A stretch of 60,239 bases of DNA from Octopus sinensis (lineage: Eukaryota): the NCBI RefSeq assembly GCF_006345805.1, contig NW_021832557.1, positions 1 through 60,239 of the forward strand, written 5' to 3'. This document shows, one piece after another, positions 37,016 through 50,975 of the stretch (positions are counted from its first letter, which is position 1; the number at the start of each line of letters is the position of its first letter). The notes beneath the pieces were generated by a model. That model was not told where the DNA came from. It saw nothing but the letters and a program-made list of their open reading frames with translations, and did no database searches. The position numbers were made by a program, and so were the translations under genes.

Positions 37016-37513
37016 TGATATTGTCGTTATTGTTCGCTTTGAATGGTTACATTACTGAATTCTCGGGTTTTGGAGATATTTTTTCCCCAGGATTACCTCT
37101 TGAAAAACAGTTTCTTCATCCATTTATACCAACAGAAGACATCGGAATATTTTACGTCCACCAAACATATTGTCCTGGGATGCGTGCCTTCGCATCTTTA
37201 TTGAGTAGGCATAGTTAAATAAAATTTATTTTACAGAGTCTCTTTCGTAATGGTTCACGGTAACGGCATCTGTGGTAGTGGGTAGAATTTCATGGCACGA
37301 TGCAGATAGCAGTGGCCGCCCCACTCGAATTATTTAAAAACACTAAACCAGATAAAATATGCGCTCATGTCTCCGTTTGCGCGTGCGTCTGTGTGTGAAT
37401 AAACAAATAAATATATATATTTACATATATAGCTATACCTATATATGTATACATATATGCGTATATATGCGTGTGTGTGTGTATATATATGTATGTCAAT
37501 CTATCTATCTGTA

Positions 37514-37608
<95 letters not shown>

Positions 37609-37609
37609 G

Positions 37610-37870
37610 GTTGAAATTTAGAGAAAAAAAGATGAAGACAGGTGCATAAACAACAAGCAGGTGTATTAGTTTGACGCTCGGGAAAGAGAGAAAGTTTCTT
37701 ATGCTTCGAGCCTACGCTCTTCAACAGAAAGGAATAAGAGAAAATAAACAGAGAGAGAATTAAGAAAGAAACTTGTGAATTTAGCGATGAGGTATGGCAG
37801 CTGGTTGGGGAAGAAAAGCTTTAACAGGAGAGGTAGCAATAAGGGGAGATAATAAAGTATTGGTGATCCC
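37610..37870 (-). mobile_element. Penelope-like terminal repeat remnant with a degenerate hammerhead-like motif (37697-37730)
   Basis: Minus strand CTGTTGA-A-GAG-cgtagg-CTC-GAAGC-ATA; flanks resemble the 40190-40400 element. Confidence 0.55.
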
Positions 37871-37999
37871 CAAACGAAGGTGCGCGCGTGTGTGTGTATG
37901 TAGGAATGTGTGTATGTGGATAGGAGCTATAAATATATACATATGCGAATATATATATATATATTCATAGATACATGCACGCTTACATACATACATATG

Positions 38000-38435
<436 letters not shown>

Positions 38436-38436
38436 T

Positions 38437-38762
38437 TTGCTTCACAACAATGCACGTCCTCACACTTCCCTATTCCCCTGATATCTCTTCTACTGACCAT
38501 CATGTATTTAAGCATTTTGGGCTTTTCATAAGCAATAAAACATTCTGAAATAGAGAAGAGGTAATTGAAGCATTCGGACAGTTTATCACAGCAAAGATTT
38601 TTTTTTTTTTTAAAGATGGAATATGTGAAATAGAGAAACGTTGAGTAAACGTCATAAATGAACATGGATCATACTTTGATTAAATAAATCAGTTCTCTAG
38701 CACTTCTGAAACATTTTATTGTTACCTTTCAAATAGGACATTCCATGTGAAACAACCTAATA
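38437..38762 (+). mobile_element. Mariner 3' remnant with right TIR
   Basis: [31 protein letters not shown]...GSYFD*; ends aaacaacctaata. Confidence 0.8.
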
Positions 38763-39141
38763 GAACCGCTTCAACCGAGTTTGTCCAATCTACTTCCTAC
38801 ACGAAAGTTTTGGGAAAAAATCCCAGTCCGGGTACTCGTCAGAAAAGGTTCTAAGAAGCCATTATACTCTTCCTACCAGCCCTTCTGCCGTGTGCTGGGA
38901 TGGCGTTAGTTTGCTTTTTATTTCCTGCAAACCCTCGTTTTAATTCCTGCAAACTGGTTGGTAAAACCTGCTAAATTGGAAACATAAAACTGAGTTGTAT
39001 ACATACATACATACATGCATATAAATTTATAGATATATATTAATACATGCATACGTACATACAGACATACGTACAAACGTGCATACATACATATATACAT
39101 ACATATATACATAAGAAAGCAATCTTTATGTTGCAAATACC

Positions 39142-39200
39142 GTTACACTTCATGAGGTGGGCTCGTCCTAAGAGTCCACGAAACTTTGAATCGTATGGAA
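39142..39200 (+). ncRNA. Degenerate hammerhead-ribozyme-like motif
   Basis: cTTCATGA-G-gtgggctc-gtcctaa-gagtccac-GAAAC...GTA: an 8-bp stem II and GAAAC are present, but the CUGAUGA box is corrupted. Confidence 0.3.
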
Positions 39201-39294
39201 TTGGTTTAAATAATTAGTAAAAGGTATAGGTAACTCCTACGAAATGGTCAGAGTATCACATTCTTTCGTTAATCCCCTGTGGCGTGAAGTTTCC

Positions 39295-39420
39295 TTCTCA
39301 GCCACGTGGTTCCGGTTACAGCCCCACTGCGAGACATCTTGGACATTTAATTTGTACTATAGCCTCGAGCCAACCAAAGCATCGTGAGTGAATTTAGTAG
39401 GCGGAAACTGAATACACACA
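39295..39420 (+). mobile_element. Degraded 5' part of SINE family A
   Basis: ccacgtggttccggttacagccccactgcg...actatagcctcgagcc. Confidence 0.7.
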
Positions 39421-39742
39421 CACACACACACTAATAGATAGAATCCTACATATACAATATGTAGATATACATACATATTTACATATATATGTAAATATGT
39501 ATATATACATAAACACATATTTACAGTGCATATATATATATTTATATATATACATATACACACAAACAAACACACTCATAAACCTACATGTATAGTTGTA
39601 TTAGATATGTAAATAATTACGTTTTTTATTATAAATATATATCTAACAGAACTATTTAAATATATATGTGCGTATTTACACACGTTTATAAACATGTGCA
39701 TATATTTATAACCACACAAGCACACCCACCCACCCATGCACG

Positions 39743-39773
<31 letters not shown>

Positions 39774-40189
39774 GTACAAACACACACACAAGCACACAGA
39801 CGCATGTGCGTATAACCTTCTATGTATGTTTGTATCAGTGCTTAGATTATGTATGGAACAGGGAGAATGGGCCCCATTTGTGAAGGGTTTTGTGTCTGAA
39901 TGTGAATATTTCAGCATCCGTATTATAAATATTCCTGCGATTCTAACAACAAATACTCGTATTAAACAAACATTGTGCCTGAAACTGGCGAGACGTATAA
40001 ATATGTCGGTCTCTGGTTATCAGTGAAGATAAATATCTATCTGTATGTATGTATGTATGTATGTATGTATGTATGTATGTATGTATGTATGTATGTATGT
40101 ATGTATGTATGTATGTATGTATGTATGTATGTATGTATGTATGTATGTATGTATGTATGTATGTATGTATGTATGTATGTATGTATATA

Positions 40190-40400
40190 AATAAAGTTAA
40201 TCCAAACAAGAAAACACAAAAAAACACAACAATGCGAGGAACAAATAAAGTATTATTGGACGCTCAGGAAAGAAGGAAAGAAGGAGGGTTTAACGTTTCG
40301 AGCGGAGCTCTTCGTCGGAAACATAGGAGAAGGAAAGATCCAGAGAAGGGAAGACAGAAGAAAAAAATCGCCAACGGTACACACGAGGTCACATTTTGAA
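40190..40400 (-). mobile_element. Penelope-like terminal repeat remnant with a minimal hammerhead-like motif (40288-40322), preceded by (TATG)n at 40040-40185
   Basis: Minus strand GTTT-CCGACGA-A-GAG-ctccg-CTC-GAAAC-GT-T-AAAC. Confidence 0.6.
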
Positions 40401-40727
40401 AAGCATGTATGTATGTATGTATGTATGTATATATATGTATACTTAAATGATAAACTTTGTATGTATGTATTCATGTATGTGTGCATGCTGTGTTTTCCAA
40501 GAAGGGTTTCGTATCACGCAGTTCCAGTGTAACGTCTGCTGATATTTCTCTCTTCACTCAACGATGTTACAACTTCGCTCAATACAAAACCAAGATGTGG
40601 TTAAATATTCCATTCTGATCTCGTAATCAATAAAATATTTGGTGTTGTTTATTAGTGTATATGCATTGGAAAATGGTAAACCTGTGGCCGTCATTAACAC
40701 ACACACACGCACACATATATATATATA

Positions 40728-41292
40728 TTGGGTTGTCTGGAAAGTTCATGCCGATTTTTAAAGGAACGAAAAAGGTCAATAAATACTTGCCATTACAGTT
40801 TTAATCAACCAAATATAAACCATTTTGTTGCAGAATGCATCTCCATCTTTCCTTTAACTTGAAAATACCCTCTTCCAAGAATTAAGGTGGTTTCATGGCA
40901 AAGAATTCATCAAGGTATCTTTTTACGTCATCCAAGGAATTGAAAGTTTTACCATTAAGACTATTCTGCAGAATCTTGAATAAGTGGAAATCCGAAGGAG
41001 CTATATCTGGTGAATATGGAGGGTGGGGTAACACATCCCAGCCGAGCTGCAGCAATTTTTGTCTGGTTCCCAAAGCATCAAGTACCGAAAATGAACTTTC
41101 TCATCTTCCATTTAAAGGGTTACCGAATTAACAAAGGTTATAGGAACATAAACCTTCTTCCACGAAAAGATAGCTTAAACTATGCTCTTGATGGAGGTGT
41201 AGTCAAATCCTATTTTATGGACTCAACCATGTTCTAAAATAAATCGAAATGTAAGCTACTATAAATCAGCACGAACTTTCCGGACAACCCAA
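40728..41292 (-). mobile_element. Internally deleted mariner with both TIRs and TA duplications
   Basis: TIRs ttgggttgtctggaaagttcatgccgattt and (reverse complement) ttgggttgtccggaaagttcgtgctgattt; ORF 40882-41073 LGWDVLPHPPYSPDIAPSDFHLF. Confidence 0.93.
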
Positions 41293-41707
41293 TATATCAC
41301 TAATAGAGTCAATAAAAGTCCTAAATATATGTGTGTGTCTGTATAAATGTGTGCGTGTATGTGCGTGTGTGTGTGTATGTGTCTCTGTGTGTATGTGCAT
41401 GTGTATGTATGTATGCACAGCATCTAAGAATATGTGTATATATATGTGTGTGTGTGCATATTACATCAGAATTTTCAAATGTGACTTTATTGATAACACA
41501 CAATGCGTACAAAAATACACTTCATGTTTGAACTCTGATAAGGGCCATTGACGAACTCTCGACTATTGAATCAACTTTATAACTTTATGCCTATAAGAAA
41601 TCTATATCATAATAGAGAAAGTTGCTTATTAATTAGGTATGTAACAGTTAATTAAAGAAAGCAATTATTAAAGGCTTGACTGTCTGGAATTTTTTTATAA
41701 ATTCATA

Positions 41708-42128
41708 GGCGCAGGAGTGGCTGTGTGGTAAGTAGTTTGCTTACCAACCACATGGTTCCGGGTTCAGTCCCACTGCGTGGCATCTTGGGCAAGTGTCTTC
41801 TACTATAGCCCCGGGCCGACCAGTGCCTTGTGAGTGGATTTGGTAGACGGAAACTGAAAGAAGCCTGTCGTATATATGTATATATATATATATGTGTGTG
41901 TATGTGTGTGTGTTTCTGTGTCTGTGTTTGTCCCCCCTAGCATTGCTTGACAACTGATGCTGGTGTGTTTACGTCCCCATCACTTAGCGGTTCGGCAAAG
42001 AGACCGATAGAATAATACTGGGCTTACAAAGAATAAGTCCCGGGGTCGATTTGCTCGACTAAAGGCGGTGCTCCAGTATGGCCGCAGTCAAATGACTGAA
42101 GCAAGTAAAAGAGTAAAGAGTAAAGAGA
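41708..42128 (+). mobile_element. SINE family A, full length
   Basis: Aligns with the other copies. Confidence 0.92.
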
Positions 42129-42619
42129 GTTCCTAGAAATATCTAGTAATTTCGATTTCTGAAGTTTAATAAATACAAGCCTTTTGCACAGGTTTGCTTT
42201 ACAGCTACAAAATAATTCCCCGCAGGGGGGAATTTCAACACGTAGCTTTCAAACGAAAGCAAATAACAAAGAGTGACAAAATTTACAGTAACAACAACAA
42301 ACCAACGTACCGATTGCAGAATTTCAAACAACAGTAGAAGCGGCTGTTCGAGAATACAGACATTACATACAGCCAAACTTCATATAGATACTTAATGTTA
42401 GCTAATTAGCAGAGAATCTAATGTAATAGCCGTGGTAAAGTGTATGTGCATAGCTCCATCTGGACTATTCCATTTCTGCACGCTAATTTTATTTTAAATT
42501 TATAACCCATTCATGTGAAACCACTTATTCAAGTTCGAGTCATTGATGCAATTTTATACCAATTGCTACTTTTACTTTTAATTGTGATGTTATGATTTAA
42601 TTTAGTTTAATTCAATTGT

Positions 42620-42905
42620 TATTATTATCTCTAATTTTTATAGTTAAAGTGAAAGTATCTGACATAAAATAGAGAAATGTTTTTGTTTCACTTTTAACAC
42701 GTAATACTGAAATAGTGGAGAAGATATGATATTGCTATGGGCTCGCCCTAGGCAAGAAGTTGAACATTTTTTTTGCCTATGAAGCTACATGGACCCTAAG
42801 TAAGGCATGTGTAAAATTTGAATGAAATTGGTTGTGTAGTTCTCAAGTTTTAGGGAAACACACAGACAGACAGACACACATTCTCAGTTTTATAGATATA
42901 GAGAT
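42620..42905 (+). mobile_element. Probable Helentron-associated (HINE/DINE-like) element 3' part
   Basis: aaatttgaatgaaattggttgtgtagttctcaagttt...(cagA)n...agttttata..tatagagat architecture; recognition only. Confidence 0.5.
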
Positions 42906-43059
42906 TTAAACCTCAAGAATAATTACCAGACATGAAAAATTTTTTTTAAAGTACCGGGGTCGATTTGATTGAATGAAATTCTTCAAGGCGGTGTTCCCTT
43001 GCATTATCTCAGTCTTTTGCTCGAAATAAGAGAATGAAAAATGGGCAAACGTATATATA

Positions 43060-43074
43060 AACACACACACACAC

Positions 43075-43128
<54 letters not shown>

Positions 43129-43884
43129 CACACACACACACATACACACACAGACACACACACACATATACACACACACGCGCACACATACACAGTATAG
43201 GACAAGAATGAGCGCTCAACATTGTATTTGGTAGTTAGACACACACATACACATGTATTCATGTATACACACACACACACATACACACATATACGAACAC
43301 ACACACACGCATATACATTTATTTGTATGCGTATGTGCCATCTCACAGTTTCCTCTCCACTTTGTAAAACTGATATTTTATGGCAAACTCTCAATTTTTG
43401 CACCGTTCTTTCGCTAGGTTTGCTACAGACCATTTCCACTTCAGAAGAAATCCCCATCATATATCACCCACCCCCGTCATTCCAGCCCTCTCCCTCCCTC
43501 TCTCTCTCTCTCCCTCTCTCTCATTCATGCCAATTTAATCTGTCTTTCTGGTTCCTCTTTACCACCTGGTTTCTTCAGTTGAAGAACTCACAATTGCAGA
43601 GACCGCCTAACTATTTCGGCTTGGCTTTCTGTAATCTTATACTGTGATTAGAAATTTTGCCAGCGTTACACACCTACGCACACATACACACGTACGTACA
43701 CATGCATGCACTGACGCACGCACACACACGCTCCTACACACATATGCATACACACACACATACACAGAAAAAGAAACAAACACTCACAAACAGATACACA
43801 TACACAACATTTACAAATATATACACGCAAATACTAGAACTGAGACACGCCCATACACGCGCGGACTCTCATAAACATGGTCAG

Positions 43885-43938
<54 letters not shown>

Positions 43939-43939
43939 A

Positions 43940-43971
<32 letters not shown>

Positions 43972-44112
43972 TACTGACAAAGATCTCATCGTGTTCCCCC
44001 ATATAAAAACATACACAGACTCACAGACACATACACATACACGCACACATACACAGGCACACGTGTACAAGCACCACACACGTAAATGTATCTAGCAAAA
44101 AGCTAATCAACT

Positions 44113-44157
<45 letters not shown>

Positions 44158-44324
44158 TGTATGTATGTATGTATTTATGTATGTGTGTGTGTATGCTTGT
44201 CCGTGTGTATGAATATATATATGTATGTATATGTACGCATGTATGCGTATACACACACACACAATCACACACACAAGCACACACACAGGCACACACACAT
44301 GCACACACACAGACACACACACAC

Positions 44325-44356
<32 letters not shown>

Positions 44357-45151
44357 GTGCTCTAAAGATAGAGGGCGTTTGTGGCGCTCGTTATCTTCCT
44401 GTTCACGCTATATTTACCTTCGTAAACATCAAAATGAAACAGAAACACCGAAAACGTTCGTTCTTGCTGGATGTGTTTATATTTCTTGGAATTACTATCT
44501 TGATTCTTGTTATTGTTGCTGTCATTGTTAGTAGTTGCTCTTATTGATGTTGTTCTTGTCGTTATTGTTGCTGTGTGACTATGATGTGTTACTATAGCAA
44601 TCTTAAACGTCGTGGTTGTCACTCTTCTTGCAGCTGATCTCATTCTCGTTGAGGCTGTCATTTTGGTTCTTTGTGATGCATTTGTAAGTTAGCGGAAGGC
44701 AAAAACCATATAGTGCCAGTATAAATGTCTCCTGGTATTCATTTACTATCATCTTTAAGTTTGAACTCTGCCAAGGTAGACTGTTCCTTCGCCACTCCAG
44801 AGCTGATAAATATGTCAGTATGATTCCTACTTTATTAACACTTTTAAATCAAGCCTCCATGAAATCTGTGGCATTCTTCGAATTCTAAAAGTACTTATGT
44901 GAGTGTGTGTGCGCGTGCGTGTGTGTGCGCGTGTGTATGTGTGTGTGTGTGTGTGTATGCACATACTTGCATTTATAAATGCATACATTATAAAAATTAA
45001 TACAAACCAATGGTTTGAACTTTTAACCTACATTTTAATATTTCGGGCTTGCGATGCCCTCTTCGGGAAATCTTTGAAAATTTGGTGTTTTTGAGCTGAC
45101 TTTTCCGCTGTTTAGTGTGTGCATATATAGGCACACACGCACACACACACA

Positions 45152-45213
<62 letters not shown>

Positions 45214-45593
45214 TACATGCACGCATATACATATACATTCACACACATACATACATACACACACAAATAGATATGTAGATACATATACTTATATATACAA
45301 ATACACATATATAAATGTAGGTTTGTGTCTATCTATTTATCTATATATCTATCTATATATCTATCTATCTGTCTGTCTTTCTGTCTATCTGTCTATATAC
45401 ACACATATGTGTGTGTATTCATCTATACACACACACGCACAAGCACACACATGAATATACATCTATATATTCATATATACACTCGTAGCTCTGTATGTAT
45501 CTTTACATACACAGGTATCTATCTATTCAGCTATCTCTCGATTTGTCTGCCTGTCTGTTTCTCTTTATACACACATACACACACATATGTATA

Positions 45594-45640
<47 letters not shown>
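43060..45640. repeat. Cluster of CA/TG/TA compound microsatellites with short unique spacers
   Basis: Read directly from the sequence. Confidence 0.85.
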
Positions 45641-45642
<2 letters not shown>

Positions 45643-46334
45643 TATTTGTTAGAAAGTGTGGTAGACGAATATACTGTTCAAGCATTTATAAAAGATGGAG
45701 GCGGTGGCAAGAGTAAAAAGCCCTTCTGTTGAGGAGCTGATTTAGAGAGGTGACTTGATAAAATAACCGATGATTACAGAGGGTGAAATGAGAAAGAAAG
45801 ATCGGGTGGGAATGTGAGACAGAAAGTTTCGTGTGTGATATTGAAGCGTTTTGGAGGAAGAGAGTCGGATATTAACAGAAAATGTGTGAACAAATATTAA
45901 GAGAAAAAGCGAAGAAAATATCAAAGTGAGTTAGTGGAAATAATGAAAAAAGTTTGGGAGTAAAGGTGTGAAAGTGAAATAACACTTTAAATATACAACA
46001 GGTAGGTGCAAGTGAAACAGAAGAAGAATTTCTCTGAAGGGTTACACGAATTTCAATCGCAGAAAGAAGATGGAGATTATCACAAGAGGACAATGTTTGA
46101 TGTGAGTTGGAAATAAGCTTTGTAAAATGACATCAAAAGACACAAGAAGAAGCAGAAAGCTTGAGAAAGAAGAACAAAAGAATAAATGAAAAAAAAAAGA
46201 CAAAAACACATTATAAGAAAATGGTTCAAGGTTTGAAGCACAAAGATTAAGAAATTCAAACGAAAGGAAAACAAGTACGAATATATGGCCTGTTCAATGG
46301 TAGTAATTTCATAGATCTGTTGCCAAAATACTTT

Positions 46335-46360
46335 GTGCTCGCATATATATATGCATATAC

Positions 46361-46410
<50 letters not shown>

Positions 46411-46411
46411 G

Positions 46412-46469
<58 letters not shown>

Positions 46470-46750
46470 TGTATAATATATATAATATATATATAATATG
46501 TATATATATATATGTATATATATGTATGTATGGATATATGTGTATGTGTGTGTACATGTGTCTGTGTTTGTCCCCCCAACATCGCTTGACAACCTATCCT
46601 GGTGTGTTTACGTCCCCGTAACTTAGCGGATCGGCAAAAATACCTAGGCTCACAAAGTATAAGTCCTGGGGTCGATTTGCTCTCGATTAAAGGCGGAGCT
46701 GCAGCATGGCCGCAGTCAAATGACTGAAACAAGTAAAAGAGTAAAAGAGT
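46335..46750 (+). mobile_element. 3' half of SINE family A, including an expanded (TA)n
   Basis: tctgtgtttgtccccccaacatcgcttgacaac...ggccgcagtcaaatgactgaaacaagtaaaagag. Confidence 0.88.
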
Positions 46751-47211
46751 AATACCGTCTGTTTACCAAGTATATTACGAATAAAATCTTAATGAATGTA
46801 CGTCTGTGAGCCTTTGTTTGTAGGGTAAATGATAAGGGATCAAATCGTAACTTTGGTGGTGATGAGAGCTTTGTGAAGTTATAGAATTAGTTTCAGCGGA
46901 GAATGTTTTCAAAAAATGCTGGCGCCATGGATAACAGGATTTATAGAAAAAGAAAAAAAAGAAAGGAATAAAAAATGTTTGGAAAGCAATGAAAAGTTAA
47001 AGAATGACTTGTTTGAGATATTTTACGGGATTTAAAATGGTTTTCTATTTATGCCGCTAATCATTAAAAGAAGTTTGTTCATATAGGAATCCTTCAAATT
47101 CTCTGAGATCGTTCGATTTGATTCATTAGACCCACCTTTCATATGGGACTAAACGGTTTGAATTATATTTTACAGAGCAAACATTCCTCTGTAATTACCT
47201 ACGTAGATAAC

Positions 47212-47245
<34 letters not shown>

Positions 47246-47600
47246 TGTATGTATGTATGTATGTATGTATGTATGTGTGTATGAATGTGTGTATGTATGA
47301 ATGTGTGTATGTATGGTTAGTTGTTTGGTTAGTTGATTGGATAGTTAGATGTATGCATAAACAGCCACATCCACACAACCCCACACACCCCTACACATAC
47401 TACTGTATTCATCCACAGATAGAGAGTCGCTTCTTATTTCCATTGTTCTCGCTGATTCCTGTTGAACCCCTTTCTTCCTTTCACTGCTGGCTCATTTTCA
47501 AAAGGGTCCTTCGACTAACATTTTTTCTTTTCTCTGCAAAAGGACAAAGAGGCAAAAACTTAGGATTTTCTAAGACATTTTCCACAACGCAGCGAATATA

Positions 47601-47634
<34 letters not shown>

Positions 47635-47635
<1 letters not shown>

Positions 47636-48040
47636 GCGCAGGTTGTGGCGGTGTAGTAAGAAGCATGCTTTCCAAGGACATAGTTCCGAGGTCAGTCCCA
47701 CTGCGTGGCACCTTGGGCAAGTGTCTCCTACTATAGCCTCGTTAAACCAAAGCGCTGAGTGGATTTAGTATCCAGAAACTGAAAGAAGCCCGTCGTATAT
47801 ATATATATATGGTATATATGTATGTATTTGTTATTTGTATCTTTGTCCCTCCATCATCGCTTGACACCCGATGTTGGTGTGTTTACATCCATGTAACTTA
47901 GCGGTTCAGCAAAAAAGAAAACGATAGAATAAAAACTAGGCTTACAAAGAATAAGTCCTGGGGTCGAATTGCTTGACTAAAGGCGGTGCTCCAGCATGGT
48001 CGCAGTCAAATAACTGAAACAAATAAAAGAATAAATAATG
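47635..48040 (+). mobile_element. SINE family A, full length, somewhat diverged
   Basis: Aligns with the other copies. Confidence 0.88.
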
Positions 48041-48250
48041 CATACATACATACATACATACATACATACATACATACATACATACATACATACATACATA
48101 CATACATACTTACATATGGCGGAGGCTACGGACTTCCAATCCTTGCCTCTATAACATGTAACAACTACGTTAAGAATGATAGCCCCACCCATGATTGACA
48201 GAGAGGCGGGAGTCGAGAATCAGTCGAACCAGTTAACACGGAAATGACTT

Positions 48251-48575
48251 TTCAAATTCCGCCGAGGTCGACTTTCCCTTCCATCCTTTCGGGGTCGATT
48301 AAATAAGTACCAGTTACGCACTTGGGTCTAAATAATCGATTTAATCCGTTTGTTTGTCCTTGTGTGTCCCCTCTATGTTTAGCCCCTTGTGGGTAGTAAA
48401 GAAATAGGTATTTCGTCTGTGTTAACGTTCTGTGTTTGAATACCATCAAGGTCGACTTTGCCTTTCACCTTTCGTGATCGATAAATTAAGTACCAGTTGC
48501 GTACTGGCATCGATCTAATCGAGTGGCCCTCTCCCCCAAATTTTCGGGTCTTGTGCCTAGATTAGAAAATATTCG
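48251..48575 (+). mobile_element. SINE family B chimera: alpha cassette joined at 48408 to a beta-tailed copy
   Basis: ...gggtagtaaagaaatag|gtatttcgtctgtg...gtggccctctcccccaaattttcgggtcttgtgcc. Confidence 0.88.
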
Positions 48576-48949
48576 TTGGTGCATATATTCCCGCACTGGT
48601 CATGACCTCGGTCCGTCGCAGAGTTACTTATCTTTAGCTACAGAGTGGATTGATGAGTAAGCAAGACGCATAGCTATGTCCAGGGATGGAAACGATTATC
48701 TTTCTTGCTTACCAACCACATGGTTCCGGGTTCAGTCCTACTCTGTGGCCCTTTGGGCAAGTGTCTTCTGCTATAACTTCTTTGCGTTACTTGTCCTGTT
48801 TTCCATGTTTCTCTCGTTGTTCGCGTATTTAATTCGTTTGTTTTCATACTTCATGTTGTTTACAGTTGGTGACGTCTTCTACCCATATATGCATATGTAT
48901 ATATTATTTATATTAGTATTTAATTGAACGCCACGCATCCATTCCCAAG

Positions 48950-48999
<50 letters not shown>

Positions 49000-49053
49000 T
49001 CTCTCACACACATATACAAGCACACACGCATATATATATTTATATATATATAT

Positions 49054-49091
<38 letters not shown>

Positions 49092-49539
49092 TTTGCTGGT
49101 ATATATGGGTGCAATTGCTTGTGTATGTACGCCAGTATGTTTGTACGTGATTGTATATACTTGTATAAATATTCATATATGGATACCCACCTGCAAGTTT
49201 GGTTATTTCCTTTCTTTTTACTTCCTCCTTTTTCTTTCGACTAATTCAACAATCTTACATTTAGTTTACACCAACAGAAAATAACAGTTAATTCTGAGGC
49301 ATTTTTGCTTTGAACTAGAACGAAGTTCCCATTTCCAATATTAAAACATCCTGCAAGAAGTTTCAAACAAATTTTGTTATATATTTCTATACATTCAGAA
49401 TGTAGTGGGAAATTTCCACCTGTACATACACATATCTGAACAATAAATTTCGATACCCCTAATAAGTGTTTTTAGTATTCGAAGACATTTAACAGATATT
49501 TTACAACTCATCATCCTCATCTGGTTAAGCTTGCTTCGA

Positions 49540-50150
49540 CGTTTTTAACCTGCGCACACCGTTCATCTTGGTCCTGCACTACTTGAACGCGGTTTTCGAG
49601 GAGGCATCTAGTGTCTCTGGAGAGTTGATCTCCATACGAGGTGCTTGCGTACGGCTATGCTTTGGCAGCCAAAGCAGGAGGTCACCTGCTAGCTCCTATT
49701 TAGCTCGCCAGCAATGTCACTCGAAGCGCTAGCACCTTTCCATATAATGGTGCAATCTGGCAGGAGATCTCCATACCAGTGTTTCTTGGTGGGATGAATT
49801 CTCTAAGATATTTTTAAGATTACTCTTAACATTCAGGTGTAAGTTCCATCTAGCTTGGAGTTTAGATTTTTGTAAGTGTCTAGGCTGTTGCTCTAGTTTT
49901 ACATGGAAAATATTCATCTTACTTTGTCTAACAGAATTGATTTCCAGACAACATCCAGCTTGTTTAAGGCCGAGCATGCTTGTGCTATCCCAGTTTTTAC
50001 GTCCTTTTCGCTTGATCCTATCTCAGAACCGAGGTACATGAAATCATCAAATTGATTGATGGGGGTTTCCACTGATATTGATGATATACCCTGTTGATTG
50101 TGAGCGTCTGCTAATACCTTACATGTACCACGTCCTCGTGTTTTTTTATA
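49540..50150 (-). mobile_element. Degraded RTE-clade LINE 3' part
   Basis: Minus-strand NQFDDFMYLGSEI, KDVKTGIAQACSALNKLD and HPTKKHWYGDLL fragments. Confidence 0.7.
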
Positions 50151-50371
50151 TTTGGCGGTGTTCTTTTTTTGATTTACTATATATAAATATAAATATATAT
50201 ATATAAGTTCAGTAAAATTTAGATTCAGATGAATATGGTACTTAAGTTGAAGGCACCAGAATTTAGTATGGTATTATCAATATAATTTGAAATAAGGTAC
50301 TTATAATCAAAATAGCAACAAGGATATCCAGAGGTAATGCAGTACGATCGTTTTATGCGACTCCATTTAAT

Positions 50372-50589
50372 TGAACAATGCAAACATTACATCAATTTAA
50401 AATGTAGAGCAATCTTCAGTTGCATAAAAATATAAAATTTAGTTAAATTCGAAGGACTCATTTGTATAATTTTATACAATTTTTTTTAAAGTTATACAAA
50501 TGGGTCCTTCCAATTTAACTAAATTCTATATTTTTATGCAACTGAAAATTGCTCTACATTTTAAATTGATGTAATGTTCGCATTGTTCA
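50372..50589. repeat. Near-perfect palindrome (about 97-bp arms, about 22-bp spacer)
   Basis: tgaacaatgcaaacattacatcaatttaaaatgtagagcaat...tttgtataa versus its reverse complement ending at 50589. Confidence 0.92.
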
Positions 50590-50606
50590 TATATATATAT
50601 ATGGAT

Positions 50607-50654
<48 letters not shown>

Positions 50655-50694
50655 CGTACATACATATACATATATATAAATATATATTCTTTTA

Positions 50695-50975
50695 TTCTTT
50701 TTTCTTTTACTTGTTTCAGTCATTTGACTGCGGCCATGCTGGAGCACCACCTTGAAGGTTTTTTCGGCGAAGAAATTGACCCTAGGACTTATTTCTTAAG
50801 ACTACTACTTATTCTATCGGTATTTTTTGCCAAATCTCTACGTTACGAGAACGCAAATACACCAACACCACTTGTCAAGTTGTGATGGAGGACATGCACA
50901 GACACACACACATGATGAGATTCTTTCAGTTTCCAAATCCACTTGCAAGCCTTAGGCTGGCCCGAGACTATAGTA
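50695..50975 (-). mobile_element. SINE family A, partial and diverged
   Basis: ttacttgtttcagtcatttgactgcggccatgctggagcacc. Confidence 0.8.

Noticed and set aside
45650-46330. Purine-rich stretch, and a similar unassigned stretch at 51240-51590, as possible LINE remnants
   Set aside because: No diagnostic motif could be read with confidence, so they were not annotated.
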